Positions 13,927-27,330 are shown, numbered from the stretch's first letter. The stretch: DNA of 64,000 bases from Thalia democratica (GCA_965202585.1 OZ241828.1:18104001-18168000), one strand, 5' to 3'. Numbers and translations are program-made. Notes: a model not told the origin generated them from the letters alone.

Positions 13927-15118
13927 TTAAGTATTATTCCTTATCTGAGAAAAGCAAACATACCACTGTAGAAGTTTGTCTGTTCTAGTAAAGTTAAGAA
14001 AAGCAATTTCAAAAAAAGTTTTGGTGTCTTGTACTCCTAGAAGGAAGGTTATATTTACATAGGCATTGTGTAATTTTCTCCTGTACTTTGTAACGACTTT
14101 TCTTTAAAATTGATGTTGAACTGGAATGACTCGGATTTGCTGTGACCTATACTTTTTTGAACTATATTTCCTACAGAAAAGCAAACAGACCACTTTTTTG
14201 TTTTCTTTCGTACAACAATGTGTTCGGGATGAGTTTTGCAAACAAGAGGGGTAAATCTTCTCAAAAACTTACAATTTCGAACAGCTAAGCGGCCTAATCT
14301 ATCAACCTTGACAACACATTGATGGCAGTCCTTAACTTCCACCATTACTCCACTTTTTCCCCTTGCTAGAAAAGTTACGTGTTTTATTTAGTATCACGAC
14401 ATATCACAGCGATTCAGTGGTGGCAACAATTTAGTATTCACCTTAAATTTTTCAGAGACTTAACATAACGAATACTGAGAGAGTTTTATTTTTATTGTAT
14501 ACGTTACACCACATTTTTGAGATATGTGGGTTATTGTAAGTCATAACGCTCTTTCTGAAGTAAGGTAAAGACTTATTTGAATTCCGTCCCAAAAGGATCT
14601 GTGCAATGGATAGTTTGCATCCTTGATCAGGCGTATTTATCTGCAAAATTAAGCTTGTACCATTCTGTCGTTATTTAGTTCACCATTTAGACCAACGTTT
14701 TTCATTGACAATCGCTTAGTGGCCTTTACCGATTGTTCTGCTATACCGTTTGACATAATATGATATGCAGATTACATATGATGGTGTATACCCCATTGTT
14801 TTAGAAAATCCTAGGTAACTTTTGCTGAAAACTCTGGAACATCTTCTGTAGATATTTCAACTAGAACACCAAAAGTTACAAAACTACGACGCAAAGCTTT
14901 ACATAGTCCTTTTGAACCAGACTCATTTGTACCTAATTTTATTCTTTGTTGTTCTGTCCAACCTGTAATTCTGCTTGTGGCTTCAAAACAATATCACCCT
15001 CTGAAATAAAAACAAACACAAACAATCGATTAAAATGAAATTTGTGGAATCATTAGTTCATTTGGAGGTAGAAGAAGATTGCTTTGGGATTTGTGCCGTT
15101 TTCGTCTTCATCCAGTGT
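13927..15118 (-). mobile_element. Decayed Gypsy integrase and 3' tail (right-arm copy, continuing through the spacer)
   Basis: Mirror of 13040-13926. The reading frame LAVRNCKFLRRFTPLVCKTHPEHIVV continues into the spacer, so this is the less truncated copy. Confidence 0.88.
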
Positions 15119-18033
15119 GTAGAAGTACGTTTTTCTGTCTCTTTTATTAATTTACTTTTGAAAACATATATTTAATTACAGTCCTAAGACTATATATCAA
15201 AAAAAATTGGTAAAAGCACTCTGAGTTTCGATTATTCGATAAAGCATACATACTAACATACTTAGTTGTTTTATGTTGCTTTAGATTACTAAAGTACTAG
15301 TTATTGTCTAAGTTTTAAATAATTTAAGTTTTTAATAGATAATTGTATTAAATAGTGAAGAAAATAAGTCTTTTTTAGTAACAACATTTAGTACCATCAA
15401 AAAATATAAAATGTAAATAATTTAAAAAATTGGTTCCAACAAAATTAAAAAAAAAAATTTACTTTAAAAAACTTTGATTTTGTTATCAAAGTAGTTATAA
15501 TTGTTTGTTAAATATGTTATAATTTACAATTTATTGCACGGTATAAGATCAAACTACTGTAATGCTACTTACATTTTCTCTTTTTGAGAAAACGTATTTT
15601 ATTTCAAAGCTCAAGCTATGCTTAAGCTTAGCTTCTTTAGTATTAGCTGTTTTGCAGTTAGCCATTGGTTTTATTAGCGATTTTTTGCTGCATTTAATTT
15701 CTTAATGGTTTCGATCTTGTATAAGCAAACGATAAGTTCGCTTTTAGTTTGTTTGATGAGTTTAGTTTAGACCAGGGTTCGGCGAAGTGCAGGCCTAACG
15801 CATTTCTTGAAATTTCTTGAAATCAAAATCTGCTGACCGCAAGGTATTTTTCAGCTAAAAGCATACTTAAAAAAAAAGATTAAAAGTTTTACAATAAAAA
15901 CCTACAACCAGGCTTTTAAATTTATAAATTAATTTAAAAGGTGCTATTTTACTGCTTAATTTGTTATATATTTGGTTGAAAATAGTATTTTTTTAGCAAT
16001 TAATATGACTCTTTTTTAATATCTATAGCCCTCGAACACATTTGCTAAATATTCTGGCCCGCAATCAATTTTATGAGAAATTGAGAACGCGAATAACAAA
16101 AAGCTGCTGACCCCTGTTTTAAACAACTTCATGTACTTTCTTAAACGAACAATTCATTGATTCATGTATTTTAGCCTTTAAAAAATTAATAATTCGATTG
16201 ATTGTTATTTTAAGTTATATAGTATTTTATTATAATTTCGTTTTGCAATTTTATTGTTAATACATTTAGAGACCACTGAATCGAACTACGTTTAACAGTT
16301 GTATAAGTAAATTATTTATTTATCCTTTTGTAAATAGTGAGTCATAATAGATTAATTAGTAAATATAGTATACGCGTTAGTCTGGGGACATCTCTTATAT
16401 AAGTTAAGGTGCACGTTAAGTTATAAACTACGCCCCTTATATCAAATAAGTATTTTAAGTATAGATTTGCTCTTTACTGCCATGGTAACTCGAACAGCTA
16501 GTTATTTACAGTGGGCATTAAACACGGAATCCTTTATTAAACATTTCTACGAGAAGTAGATGGTGACCCAAAAACAGATAAGAATAATAGTATAAGTTTA
16601 ATAAACATTTTTTAAACGTAAATTTTGACTCACATAAGTTGTCTTTGTTTTTTTTTTGAGTCTTAGAAAGATATAGTTTGTAAGTAAAATAACGTTATGA
16701 GCACTTAAAAAAAGTTTTTCTTAGAATAAATTACAATAATTACTAAGAAAACTTGTGTCGTCTATCATTATATTTGAGTTAAATTATGTAAATACAATAT
16801 GTAAACATAAAAGTGCAAACATAAATTTTATTATTCGTTGTTTTAGTTTATTATACAAAATAGGATTACAAATTTAGATTGACGAATGCTTATTAGAGTT
16901 TTTTTCAAGTTTAAACTATATTTTATTAGTTTTCGGTTTGTTTAGTATTAAAAAATTATATATACTTATGGTTCTTTAAACAGAACCCTTTTTTTAAATA
17001 TCACTAAATGAATAATCATTTTCTTACCAACATATTTCATAAACTTTTATCAGAGAAAAAGCGGTTAAAACAATAAAATAAAATAAAATTATATAAACAA
17101 CACAAACACTTTACAATTATAACATTTAATTAAACACAGGTTTAATTATTTGGTTAAGTAAATTATGGCTAAAAAGTACACAAAATCTTTCTCTTTAGAT
17201 AACTTAGGGTTATTTGGTTGTTAAAAAGTTGCTCCGAGTCTGATTAATTGTGAAATATTTGAACATTGTCTGATAACAGTAAAATTAAAATTTTCGAAAC
17301 TATTCAAACAACTGGGTTAGTTTACAAGGTACTTGCCGAGACAAGTTTTTTATTGGATTTTTGACTGCTGCGCTCTTTTAATCTTTTCTATCTTTGTATT
17401 TAAAATAATACACTTCTTCGCGTATCGTTTCAATCTTGTTTATGGATGTCGGGAAGTTTCTAAGTAGTAACTTTAGCAGTAGCAATTAAAACTGTTTTCT
17501 TTTTGTGTCATTAAAAAATTTCTCGACCAATGAAGCATTGGTTTTATTTCAAAAGAACTCTGGAATTCACTGAAGAGTATGTTCAGCATTTTATACCTCC
17601 CATCTTTCTTTTAATTTATTTAGAATTTGCTCCAATATACAATAGTTTCAGTAAAAATGTAAATTTTTCCGGGCAATTAGGTTAAACTTTATTTGACTAG
17701 ATTGACTGTAACTCTATTATTTTTATTTATTTAAAAAATTATTTATTTTGATCACATTTTCAAAAATAAAATTATGAGTAGTGTACTAGTCTACAATAAC
17801 TCAACTTAAAAAGGTTATCTAATTAGGCCGAACTTAGTTTTCATATATTTTCTTAAATTTATGTTTAGAAAAAACAAAATTTACATTAGCTGATTAATTT
17901 ATTAGCTGTTTTAAATAAACTTTTTAACGAAAATTTAATTAAAATTAAGCTTTATTAGTGTAACCTAAAAAGGTAAATATTCCACAAATAATTCAATTTT
18001 ATTGTGGCCAATAAATTTAAGCCATTTAAACAT

Positions 18034-18062
18034 TTTTTTGGCGATCGTTTGTTTCATTCTCG
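18034..18062 (-). promoter_or_regulatory. Decayed palindrome module (half core)
   Basis: gatcgtttgtttcattctcgta matches the reverse-orientation consensus gatcttttttatcattctcgta. The other arm and the CRE are degenerate. Confidence 0.35.
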
Positions 18063-18583
18063 TATAAATTAGCATGATTAAATTAGAAATATTATATTAG
18101 CAACAAACTGGTGTATTCTGAAAAGTTCTTGTTATTCAAATGAAGACAAAAAATTATCTTAACCAGTTTAATTAGTGTAACTCTGTTGAAAAGATTTAAT
18201 TTATTATTTTGATTAATAAGTGTTAGCTTGTTTAAAAGTAATTAAAAACATAATCATAAAAACTAAATAAAATACAGAGTTTGAAACAAAACCATATACT
18301 ACGTGGTGTATTAAATATCTTTTTATGAAAGCTAACATTTTTTCAAATTAGTAATTAAGTAAGGTTGAAAAAATTTATCAAAACAATTAATTTCTTATAA
18401 TTAATTACACTGAATTATCGTTTTATTAAATACAATTTTTTTATTTAAAATTAAATTGAAATAACTAACTACTCAATTTTATAATAAACACTGTATATTA
18501 ATTGATGTATTTTTGTCTTGCTCAGTAATTAGACAAGTTTTTCATCATATCTATAATGGATAAATTTTTTAAATCAAATAATA

Positions 18584-18719
18584 CGAGAACTACATAAAAG
18601 ATCAATTTCTCGTTGCAAATTGCTAACATATAATTCAAGAACAGATTAGCAATTTATGTGTTTGAATTATTTACATATTACACAATGAAGATTGAATTTA
18701 TTGCGTTCAATAGACGTCA
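18584..18719 (+). promoter_or_regulatory. Palindrome+CRE module
   Basis: cgagaactacataaaagatcaatttctcg (29 bp); agacgtcactatgcgctcaa at spacing 131. Confidence 0.7.
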
Positions 18720-19369
18720 CTATGCGCTCAAAATTAATAGATAGATAATAAAAAAATATAAATTTGGAAATAAAATGCTTAAAATAGTTTTGCCCTCTAA
18801 AATATTAATATTTTAAGTTTACAACGCATACTTATGTTAAATCGAAATAAGTATGCTTCACAAAAAAAATATACCACCTCAAAAGATACTTAAATCAAGC
18901 AATAGTACAAAAACGGTATGTCTATAAAGTAAAAAAAACTTTAGGTTGCGTTAGAACTGTAATCAACACAAATGAAGTCTTTTTATAAAGCCTTTAGATT
19001 ATACAAACATTATGCCTTTATCATTTTTGTGCAATTTATTTGATAATCAACGTTTAAAAATGCAAACGTTTTTAATTATATATTAATCAGATATGTTTTG
19101 ATAAAAGCTAACTTATTCTTTTAACTTACTTCACAAAAGCTAATAAATAGTAGTTAAGAAGGATTCAAAATATATCAAATGAAAGTAAGTCGTGTACAAT
19201 AAGTTAACGTTTTTGTTATTATCTACAATTAGTTTTTTCTTTAATTGCATTGAAATTATTAATGCCTAGTTTTTTAATAAATGCAAGATAGGTTTAGTGT
19301 AATGTCTTGGCCTGTTCAAAAATTAAACAATTTTTTTTTCATTCAGATATTGTTTTAGTTAGTCAAATA

Positions 19370-19504
19370 CGAGAATGATAAAAAAGATCGATTTCTCGTT
19401 AAAAATTGCATTCAGATTATTACAACAAAAGTCAACTTTAAAAACTTGGATTATATATATTTCACACGATCAAGCTTGAATTTGTGTGCATTTAAATGAC
19501 GTCA
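19370..19504 (+). promoter_or_regulatory. Palindrome+CRE module (near consensus)
   Basis: cgagaatgataaaaaagatcgatttctcg; gaatttgtgtgcatttaaatgacgtca at spacing 130. Confidence 0.75.
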
Positions 19505-20402
19505 TTGTGCATTTAAAAACAAAAAGGTTTTTTTTTTTATTAAGCTAAAAGGCGAGAAAATAGCTTTGCAATATAAAAATATTCGTATTTTAGTTTACAA
19601 CTGACTACACTCACATTTTTGTTTATTAAATAAAATATACTTAAAATTATTCTTTTAAAAATAACGCTACTTGATTAGAGCAATTGTAAAAAATCGAGAT
19701 ATTCATGACCAAAAGCAAAACTTAATAATGTATCAGAACTTTAAGCAACATGAATGAAATCATTTTTTTAAAGCTCTAAATTCACACTAGCAGCAATTTT
19801 AGATATTTTTGGTGAATTATGTTATATACATTGCTTAACTTACAGATTTACAAAGAATATTAATAATTTGTTCATTTCACTTTTACATTATCTGTAAGTT
19901 TTTTCTATTAAAATGCTTGAACAAATAGTAGAAAAACGTTATTAAAACAAGACAAATTTAATTTCATTTCATTTTTAGCTAAATTATCAATGATTACTGC
20001 TTTTATACTCTTGAAACACTTAAATTACTTATAATTCCGATAAGTTTAGTATTTGCGTGACAATTACATATGTTAAAATACAAAAAAGTCTTTACATCTC
20101 AACCGTAAAAAAAAATTAATTAATCATAAAGTTGAAACAAACAATTTAGAACCAATTTTGAAAATTGTTTGTTTTTTATCAATTAACTACTTTAAGGTTG
20201 TCGCTGCGCGCTTAACTATTGATTTAAATTTTAACTGACAGCAATAGTTTAAAGCGAAAATATTGATTAAAATATTGTTTACTGATAAATTAGCTAAACA
20301 TTAAATAATACTAATATTCTACTATAAAATTTTTTTTTATAATTTCAAAGCTGTGCATTGTTCAAGCTTTCATTTATAAATAAGCTTAACATTATAATTT
20401 AA

Positions 20403-20536
20403 CATGTTATGAATCGTTTTAGCTCGTATAAGTAAACGGTGTTTTTTATCATTTTATTTTTTTAAACACTTTTCTTATCAGACTTTAAAGAATAAAATAA
20501 GTTAGAGCGAGCATATGATTATCTATATCATTATCG
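20403..20536 (-). promoter_or_regulatory. Palindrome module with decayed CRE
   Basis: cgagcatatgattatctatatcattatcg (29 bp, 20508-20536); possible decayed CRE (atgttat) about 130 bp away. Confidence 0.5.
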
Positions 20537-21353
20537 CAAATTTCTAAAACATACCTGAATAACGTTAAAAAAGTTATAGATTAATTAAATATAGATTTTT
20601 TAAAATGTAATGTTTATAGATAGTACTTTGCCGAAATCGGTTCACCATCCACTAAAATTTAAAAAATCTCAAACGTTATGGTGTTCAACTTATGTTTTGT
20701 CATTCCTAGTCAACATTTTTAAAACAAATTAAACTGTTATAAATTTACAATATATAGACTGGATTTAATATTTAAGTTTTGAATTATTTTTGTTTTTTTT
20801 CATCTAGCATATTAATTTACTTTTACTCGAAAATTGTTAAGTTAAACTAGTTTAACAACATAGTTTTTCTGATAAAATTAGCTCAGCTTTTTTTAACTTG
20901 TATGTAATAATATGCACTATATTTCAGCCATTATAACTATAAAACAAAACTTAAACTAAATTTAGTTTTGTTATTTTGCTGATAAAACAAACTATTACTG
21001 TAACTCATTTTGAAAAAGAAATGATTGGTATGAACTTTCATTTATAGCAAAGAAAACAAAAACTAGTCATATCATGTTTGTTTATTGAAGAAAATTTTTG
21101 TATACCATTATTTTAACTGTAAAAGTTATAAACAAAATCTCCTTTTCTTTTAATTTAAAAAATTATTATCTGGTCAATTTTACATTTTCGGGAGGAAATA
21201 ATAATTACTAAAACTTTAACTCTTACTTAAATTTAAAACTTTTTTGCACTAATGATAGAATAAAATTAAATATTATATATTGTACAAAACCAATATGCAT
21301 TTTTTAATTTAATCAATTTTTAAATTTAAAAAAATTGGCTGTTTTTAATCTTA

Positions 21354-21470
21354 AATACCTACAAACTTAGGATTTATAAAAATGTATAAAACAATTGTGT
21401 ATTAGGATACAATTGTCTTAGTAAAAAGCTGTGGTTTCTAGCAAGAAATTGATCTTTCATATCAATCTTG
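21354..21470 (-). promoter_or_regulatory. Palindrome module with CpG-decayed arms
   Basis: caagaaattgatctttcatatcaatcttg (29 bp, 21442-21470); aaatacctacaaac resembles the reverse TTTGTGTG block; CRE lost. Confidence 0.55.
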
Positions 21471-23683
21471 CAAAGTATAATGCATTAGAAACAATAGAAA
21501 AAGTTTAGCTTAGTTAATGTTTTAGCACCTTGTAGTAATGACAAAAAATTAAAAGTATATAACTTTCTTTGAAAACTAAGACAATATAAACAGTTTTAAA
21601 GTGATACTTATGTCAATTTTAATTTGTTAAAGGAATACAATTATTAGTATTAATAATAACTATTTTTTCAGAATAACCTTGTGGATAAATTTATAATAGA
21701 TTTAGTAGACTATAAAATGTGTTAATATTTCATACAAAATTTTCTTTAATAAACTAAAAATAACTATTTAGTTCGTTTGTTCGATAGAAAAATTTCAAAA
21801 ATATTAAAAAATTTATGTTTTAAAAAATTGAATTTAAATATTTGTAGTTAGTCTAAAATCAAACACATACTTGATTACAACTTTATAATTTTAATTTCGT
21901 GTAACTGTCGTGCTGTTAAAACTTTTTGGTATTAATTTGATCGAGTTGTTTATCTAATTTTACCTAATGTAATTCCATTATATACATATATATTTGTTTT
22001 ATTAGATTATATAAAAAACGATAAATTAAACGACCGTTTCGTATTTGAGATGTATAACTTCATATGATCATCAGTCAGCTATAATTTATTTAGAATGTTA
22101 AACAGAAATTCACAATTTGAAAATTTTAATTTTTTTTGACTTAGAAATAATGAAGTTTATTGTAAAGTAATTTGAATTGGAAAAAACACGCTGATCTTGA
22201 TAGTTTAAGAACTTATAAATTTTGAAAAATTTAAAAAGAGTGTTTTAGATAAATGTTTTAAAGTGTATTAGAAAAATATTTAAAACTTTAGACTTTTGCT
22301 TTTTGAGACCCTGTTTAATTAGTTATTAATACTTTTTGGTCGATTGACAACTTTTTTTAAACAATTAGTACAACTAAAACACAAAAACTAGCTAAACTAA
22401 CAAAAGTAACGATTTACGCTTAGTTTAATATTTCGTTTGAAATTAACTTGCTATCATTTAATAAGTAGCAAAATAGTTGTTAACTTTTTTCACAAAACTT
22501 AGAAGTTTCTGTCATGTTAAATATTTTTATTTTTGTTAGTTTTTTTCTTTCGGCACACTAAGGAATTGTAAATACTCTAAACCTACTTAAAAAAAATTAC
22601 CTAAATTAAAAGATATAATATATATCGCTAGATGATATTGTTCGACACACACACGTATTAATAAATTTTAGATCTAAATTTAAAAAATCAGCCTACATGT
22701 AGAACAAATGATGAGTAAAATGTTCTTTTGAAGCAAAAAAAAAAGGTGTATATTAATTAAAGATAGCTTTAAAATAGTTTTTAACTGAAGTTTTATAAAA
22801 AAATTATCTTCGATAGGTCTTATTTTACTTTGTATCACTTTTCCATAAATTTTATATCATATTTTTTTTTATTATAAATCTAGTTTCACTTATAACGATA
22901 AATTGTAAATCAGAACTCAAAAATATTTTTTTTCTGTAATATTTAAGTAAACGTTTTAGGAATATTATAATTTTAGAAATTTTTGTTTAAACATTTTGAC
23001 TATAATAAATATATCGAGTTTATTAAATGCGTTTATTGTAAAGACAACATATAAAAAACAGATTTTTTAACAACATCATAAGTTTTGTTTAATTGAAAAT
23101 GTTTTAAATTTTAATTTTTTTAAGAATAGTAGAATTCAAAATATAAAGTATACAATAAAGTAACCTGTAAAACATTTAGCATTTAATTTGTAATGAAAAC
23201 ACTAATTCAGACATAAATTATGTTTATATTTTTACCGTTTAAAGTATAAAATACTTTAACTTACGTATTTAAGCAATTAAACGGTATTTTAGTATTTATT
23301 TTAAGCTTTAATTGTTCTACTTTATTATTTTACTTAATAAAAATTTAAGTACCCTCATATAATTTTTTAAGCTAAAATAGTCTTACTAAATTTTAAATTC
23401 ATAAAATCCGAAATAATTTTTAATAACTGTAGCGTACCATTACTGATTAATAAAACCAAAGTTTAACAACTACATTGACTAAAATTAACTATACTTTGCC
23501 ATTATGTTGTTACTACTGTTGTATTTCTTTATAAGATAAAACTTGATCATTTAATATAAAAAATGTGTTGCGCAACTACAAAATAATAAAAAGTTTTATT
23601 TTATTATTACGTTTTATTATTACTATAAAATTTTCGTTAATTAAACGAGGCAGTATTATCTTATACTCAAAAAAAAAATACTA

Positions 23684-23817
23684 CGAGAATGATATAAAAG
23701 ACCAATTTCTCGTTATAAATTTGTTTAAAAATGGTGTAAGTATTTACTTTTTATTGCTTCTGATTATTTATAAATAAAGTAATGCAGATTAATTTTGTGT
23801 GTAACAAAATGACGTCA
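23684..23817 (+). promoter_or_regulatory. Palindrome+CRE module (near consensus)
   Basis: cgagaatgatataaaagaccaatttctcg; ttttgtgtgtaacaaaatgacgtca at spacing 129. Confidence 0.75.
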
Positions 23818-24278
23818 AAGAGTGCTTAAAAATATTTAATGCGATAAAAATATTTATGTCAAAGGTTACTAGAATGGTGATCATTTTCTTGTTCTAACTA
23901 CTAAAAGGTGTAAGACAGAGTTAAATAATAGTAGTACTAAAAAAAGTTGTTATTTGAATAAAATAATGAAGATTTTTACAATTAAATTTACGTAATTTCT
24001 ATATAAATAACGTTAGTGGAAACTTAAAACGAGTATTGTAATGTGATAAAAAAAATCAAAAATCATTGCTAAATCAATCTTATCGCGCTTAATATATTTT
24101 TGTAAGAAACAGTGTCGTTAAAAATGTCGATGAAAAAATTGTTTAATGCGATAAAAATTTGTAAATCAAATTAACCTTATTGTGCTAAATTTTTTTTTTG
24201 TAAGAAATAGTGCTGCATCATAAAAATCTATAAACTTCTTAAGTTCTTTCACTCAAGTTATTGTTATACCAGGATGTT

Positions 24279-24407
24279 GGAAAAATGATTCAAAAATAAA
24301 TCTCTCGTTATAAATTTATATATTTCGAAAAGTGTATCTTATAAAAAAATAATAGTCTAAGACTTGTGTGTTTTAGTTAGTTTACTTATTGTTTCTGTAG
24401 ATGGCAC
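24279..24407 (+). promoter_or_regulatory. Decayed palindrome+CRE module
   Basis: ggaaaaatgattcaaaaataaatctctcg; ttgtgtg at 24364; gatggcac (decayed CRE) at spacing about 123. Confidence 0.45.
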
Positions 24408-24440
24408 AAAGTAGTAATAAGCTTAATATATGATGCTATT

Positions 24441-24571
24441 TTTCTTAACATTTCAGTAAGTTTCAATTTTTCAATTTTTCTTAAGCAATTGATTTTTTAA
24501 TATTCTTTCTTAACATTTCAGTAAGTTTCAATCTTTCAATTTTTCTTAAGCAATTGTTTTTTTTAATATTC
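24441..24571 (+). repeat. Two-copy tandem duplication, 65-bp unit
   Basis: tttcttaacatttcagtaagtttcaatYtttcaatttttcttaagcaattg...taatattc at 24441 and 24506. Confidence 0.95.
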
Positions 24572-25542
24572 TAACAATTATCATATACTAAAAATAGTTA
24601 CCTTAACAACCTCACAATTCACTTTACAAATTAATTTTCTCAACTTTATTTAACTTGTTTGTATTTAGTAACTCGTACTAGAAAGGTACAAAAAATCCAT
24701 ATTTCTGTTATAAATCTTAACTATACTGTTATATTAAATTTTTCAAGTACTTTTAAGAAATGTCACCTATGCATTGTGGTACTTTGTCTTTAAAATATTT
24801 GCTGTATATATGTATATATAACATTAAACTAGAAAAATTATACTGTAAGAAACAAATTTCAAATTGTTTTAACCATAACCTAGTGATATATTAATATTAA
24901 TAAAAAGTTAGATATAAAGAATCTACGAAAAAGTTTACACTTATCTACAAGTAACATTGCGCTTAGATAAAATATAAACTATTTAAAAAAAATTGAAACT
25001 TACGTGTAATTTTTTTCGTAATTAATTTTTTTTCTAGAAATGTAGTTGTTTTGTAAACTTTATTTAATTTACCTATATTTTTACTTTAATACTAAATTAA
25101 TTGGTGCATATAGACCTAATATAAAAAATTATAAAGCTGTGACCATGCATGTGATTATTTACATTATATTTGTTTTCTTAAATATATAACTGTTTCAATG
25201 GTTTCGAAAATACTTATTTTAATACAAACTAACATAACAGTTATTTTTAGTTTAGTAAAAAAAAGTTTCGTAAGGATTTTTTAAAAAATTTATAGTTAAA
25301 TAAATGATTTTGAATTATTTCACAAGGTTATTCTTCAAAAATAGTTATTGTCAACATTAAATATTGTTTTTTTCTTACAAATTAAAATTGACCTTAGTAT
25401 CACTTTTATACTGTTTCTATTGTTATCAGTTTTCATTCAACTTTATATACTTTCAATCTTTTTAGTAATATTACTAGGTGCTAAAACATTTAAAAAAACT
25501 AAGATAAACTTATTTCTATTGCTTTAATTGCAAGGTAATTTG

Positions 25543-25571
25543 CAAAATTAATAATAAAGATCAAATTCTTG
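25543..25571 (+). promoter_or_regulatory. Palindrome core only; a Penelope-like remnant lies where the CRE would be
   Basis: caaaattaataataaagatcaaattcttg followed by ctataaact (consensus YTAHAAAYT). Confidence 0.45.
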
Positions 25572-25589
25572 CTATAAACTGCATTTTTC

Positions 25590-26075
25590 AAATATTTCAA
25601 ATAATTCTCAAAAACTTCTTGTGAACATATTTTCTTAGCTCTGTGAATAAGGTTTTAATAAAACCAGTTTTTCTCCCCTTACTACAATAAGATTTGAAAT
25701 TAAGATATTGACTCGCGAACAATGGTTTTCTGAATAATATCGACGTGATAAGTTTATTATCTTTTCTTTTGATCAAGACATTCAAAAACGATATTTAATA
25801 ATTTACTTCAGTTTCTCGGTGAGCTGGGTAGAATATCAAAATAAATTTAATTTCTTGAATAATAAAGAGCTAACTCTTTTACTGTCACTAAAAATGAAAC
25901 AATCGTCTATGTTTCTTACCAACTTACATCTCGAATTAAATTCAGTTAACATTTTATATTTCAAATGACCTTTAAACATATTGGCCACGCAGGTCCAAAA
26001 GGGGACCTCATAGCTATACAATCTATTTGACGGTATAACACATTCTTGAAACTGAATTTAACTTTTTCAGTTACA
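25590..26075 (-). mobile_element. Decayed Penelope-like element reverse transcriptase fragment
   Basis: Reads FSFKNVLYRQIDCIAMRSPFGP-(frameshift)-VANMFKGHL...KLVRNIDDCFIF...FLNVLIKRKDNKLITSILFRKPLFASQYLNFKSYCSKGRKTGFIKTL. This matches the PLE RT motifs YxQxDGVAMGSPLGPxLAN, RYVDD and TSVYRKPT..GxYLNF. Confidence 0.9.
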
Positions 26076-26422
26076 AGTTTTATTAATTAAATATTTTATA
26101 AATGGAAAGTTGAAACCTTGACAAAAATCAGTTGACTACAGAATTAAAAAAAAACATTATAAACTATATTTAATGCTTTAATTAATTTAAAATTATACAG
26201 GGGTTGCATATATAAAAGAATACTGTTTTTTAGTAATTTTACAATGTGTAGAAAAGAAATGGTATAACTTATAGCTTAGTGTATATTAATAAGTTTGTTT
26301 TTAACATTACTATTACTTATCAATCTTATAAAGATATTTAATGTAAGTTTCATGGAAAATTTATAAACCAAACAATGAATTGAAACTTTTTTTTGTTGAA
26401 ATTAAATTTAACTTATATTTTA

Positions 26423-26571
26423 CGAGAACTATATAAAAGATCGAATTCTCGTTAAAAACTAATGCCTGTACAAGTATCTACCAGTAACTCACAATTTTTT
26501 TTAATATATTTTACAGTAAACTTTTAGTTTGTGGTCAACTTTAATAACTTTAATTTTTCTATTTGACGTTA
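26423..26571 (+). promoter_or_regulatory. Palindrome+CRE module with lengthened spacer
   Basis: cgagaactatataaaagatcgaattctcg; tttgtgg at about 26528; tgacgtta at spacing 144. Confidence 0.6.
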
Positions 26572-27330
26572 ATTACAAGTATGTTGCACAAAATGATTGA
26601 AAAACTAAAGACTCTTTTAACTTTAACTACATATATACTTATTGGAACATGTATAAAGCATATAATGAAAAGACAGTAAGTAAATAGATCATTTAGTGAA
26701 ATAAATAATGTAACGATTATTAATTTAGATGTTTTTACAGATACACATAAGTACCACAAAATAAACAACTGAGCAAAAACCAACGTACAGTATTTGTATT
26801 AGATGAAAAAAAGTTTACATATATAAACTAGAACACTGTTGTTTTAAAATTTTAAAATCATAAAATAGTTTATTTGAAAATGTTGTATGAGTTTACTTAA
26901 GCAACTTTTGGAAAATTTTATTTTAAACCTAACTATAATCAAAAAAGGAACAAAATCAGTTTATGAGAGTAACTTAAAATAACAGTTTCGCGTTTAAAAT
27001 TGAATAGTTTATCTCTAGCTAAATTATAAAACCAAACATAGTATTTAAATATATTGTGTATGTTTTTATACAAAATCGTATTTTTAGTTAGCTAGCTGTA
27101 TGTAGTTTTAACAAAATCGAACTGATTATTAACTCTTAAACTGTACGCGAATTAAGTAGAGTAGTATATAACGTGATAATGATTTAAAATAAATATTTCT
27201 TAATATAACATGATAAGTTTTGTTCGTAAAAATCTAAACATTTAAAATAAGTTGTTAAATAAAAGTTAATAAATTAAGTTAACAAACGTTTTTATTTTAT
27301 GTTTATTTGAAACCAAATTTAAAGAAAAGT

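Larger units (their letters stand above)
11804..16353. repeat. Near-perfect inverted duplication: arms 11804-13926 and 14232-16353, 305-bp spacer
   Basis: The arms read as reverse complements over about 2.1 kb with only about 7 substitutions seen. The ORF track shows mirrored 64-aa ORFs (13512..13706 + and 14452..14646 -) differing by one residue. Confidence 0.97.

Noticed and set aside
17160-17690. GC-richer stretch with a semi-open minus-strand frame (LRNFPTSINKIETIREEVYYFKYKDRKD*KSAAVKNPIKNLSRQ)
   Set aside because: Many stops and no motif I can assign; probably old TE debris. Left unannotated.
19370-19398. The 29-bp palindrome as a pre-miRNA hairpin
   Set aside because: The stem is only about 11 bp with a bulge, far shorter than a 55-70-nt precursor, and the pairing does not extend into the flanks.
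19370-20536. Opposite-orientation modules (19370/20536, 26423/27457, 53134/54432) as the long TIRs of single 1.0-1.3-kb transposons
   Set aside because: The spacers of paired modules do not match each other beyond the shared motifs, and I saw no TSDs.
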